This document shows, piece by piece, positions 31,403-32,000 of a stretch of DNA of 32,000 bases (position 1 is its first letter; each line of letters opens with the position of its first letter). The notes beneath the pieces are model-generated. The model did no database searches. It saw only the letters and a program-made list of their open reading frames with translations, and was not told the origin of the DNA. A program made the position numbers and the translations under genes. Source of the stretch: Candidatus Methanophagaceae archaeon (GTDB lineage: Archaea; Halobacteriota; Syntropharchaeia; Alkanophagales; Methanospirareceae). Location of the stretch: NCBI GenBank assembly GCA_003194425.1, contig PQXB01000001.1, positions 880,444 through 912,443 on the forward strand, written 5' to 3'.

Positions 31403-31960
31403 CGGCACCAGTGTTTGCGGCGGTGCAGAACGCGAAGGCAAGCCCAGCTCGAGCAGGCGTTAAAGGGACGAATTATTCCAGTCCTGCACGGCGACATTAT
31501 TTTTGACGAGGAGCAGGGGTTTCGGATTTTGAGCGGCGACCAGGTGGTAGTGTACGCGGCGAAAGAGGTGGCGAAGGTGTTCGGAGCGAGGGCGGTAAAG
31601 GTCGGCGTGGGCAGCGATGTCGACGGCGTTCTGAGTGGGGGTAGGGAAGGGGAAGGAGAAGTGGTGAGAGAGTTAACGCCTGCCGACGCGGAGAGGGAGA
31701 GGAAAAGAAAGAGCATAAAAGGGTCGGGGAGTTTGGCTGAGATTGAGTTTGAGGTTAAGGGAAAGAGCGGAGAGACAAGCGAACTGGACATTTCCAACGG
31801 GCTGCTTGTGGATGCCGAAGCGAGAGAAATCGTGGCGAACTGGCACGACGACGAGGTTACAGTTGAACACGAGATACCTTCAGTCATAAAGCGAGGTATT
31901 TCCTGGGCATCGGCTACCTCGCGAAGTGAGGTCAAAATATTTTATCCGCTGCCCCAGTAG
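31403..31960 (+). pseudogene. Isopentenyl phosphate kinase-like (amino-acid-kinase fold) fragment lacking the N-terminal third, with a degenerate C-terminus
   Basis: LEQALKGRIIPVLHGDIIFDEEQGFRILSGDQVVVYAAKE ... GSDVDGVL matches my recollection of the central part of archaeal IPK (M. jannaschii: LKRNLVPVIHGDIVIDDKNGYRIISGDDIVPYLANEL ... ATDVDGVL). The frame is closed by TAG at 31400-31402, and only 70 bp separate it from the divergent K+ channel start. There is therefore no room for the KLGGS / HGGG N-terminal region. DVTGGM is replaced by DISNGL and the tail is unrelated or low-complexity. The ORF-track start is a TTG. Confidence 0.45.
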
Positions 31961-32000
31961 TGAGAACTTTACCACTCAACGAGGGAATCCTGATAAAATG

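Noticed and set aside
31399-31935. 178-aa minus-strand ORF
   Set aside because: It is an S/T/P-rich shadow of the IPK-like plus-strand frame, which carries recognisable amino-acid-kinase motifs.

Overview
The window is archaeal, gene-dense chromosome sequence. Archaeal markers are TBP, uL15-SecY and SRP54. A methanogenesis or reverse-methanogenesis type C1 module is present (formylmethanofuran dehydrogenase fwdD-B-A-C), plus MvhD and an HdrA-like flavoprotein. I cannot name the organism. Real genes have purine-rich sense strands encoding E/K/G/R-rich proteins, while their antisense frames give S/P/L-rich shadow ORFs; I used this to choose strands.

Genes from left to right:
- A PafA/Dop-like Pup-ligase-family gene. 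It is missing from the ORF track because it runs off the left edge; I translated it by hand.
- An Mpa/ARC/PAN-like AAA+ ATPase.
- AbrB-PhoU regulator, SRP54 and LarC.
- A VapBC-like toxin-antitoxin cassette flanked by roughly 180-bp direct repeats.
- A 1961-aa secreted protein with PKD, CARDB, FN3 and NosD-like beta-helix modules.
- A GlcD-like FAD oxidase with an HdrD/GlcF-like Fe-S partner.
- A membrane-anchored surface protein.
- fwdDBAC, then secY and rpl15.
- TBP, mvhD, an hdrA-like gene and ubiX in close succession.
- An HMGL-family synthase, an MthK-like K+ channel, and a truncated isopentenyl-phosphate-kinase-like remnant.

I recognised no rRNA, tRNA, CRISPR array, transposase or integrase.

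Most interesting observations:
1. An actinobacterial-style pupylation gene pair (AAA+ ATPase followed by a PafA/Dop-like ligase) sits in an archaeal context, and the ligase appears to carry Cys where PafA has its catalytic Asp.
2. Short tandem duplications of 9-24 bp are pervasive. They insert in-frame low-complexity loops into conserved housekeeping proteins, duplicate start-codon regions, and build arrays of Shine-Dalgarno-like motifs and long polypurine leaders.
3. The TA cassette shares a duplicated promoter/leader with the giant surface protein gene.
4. TBP lies immediately upstream of a translationally coupled mvhD / hdrA-like / ubiX unit.
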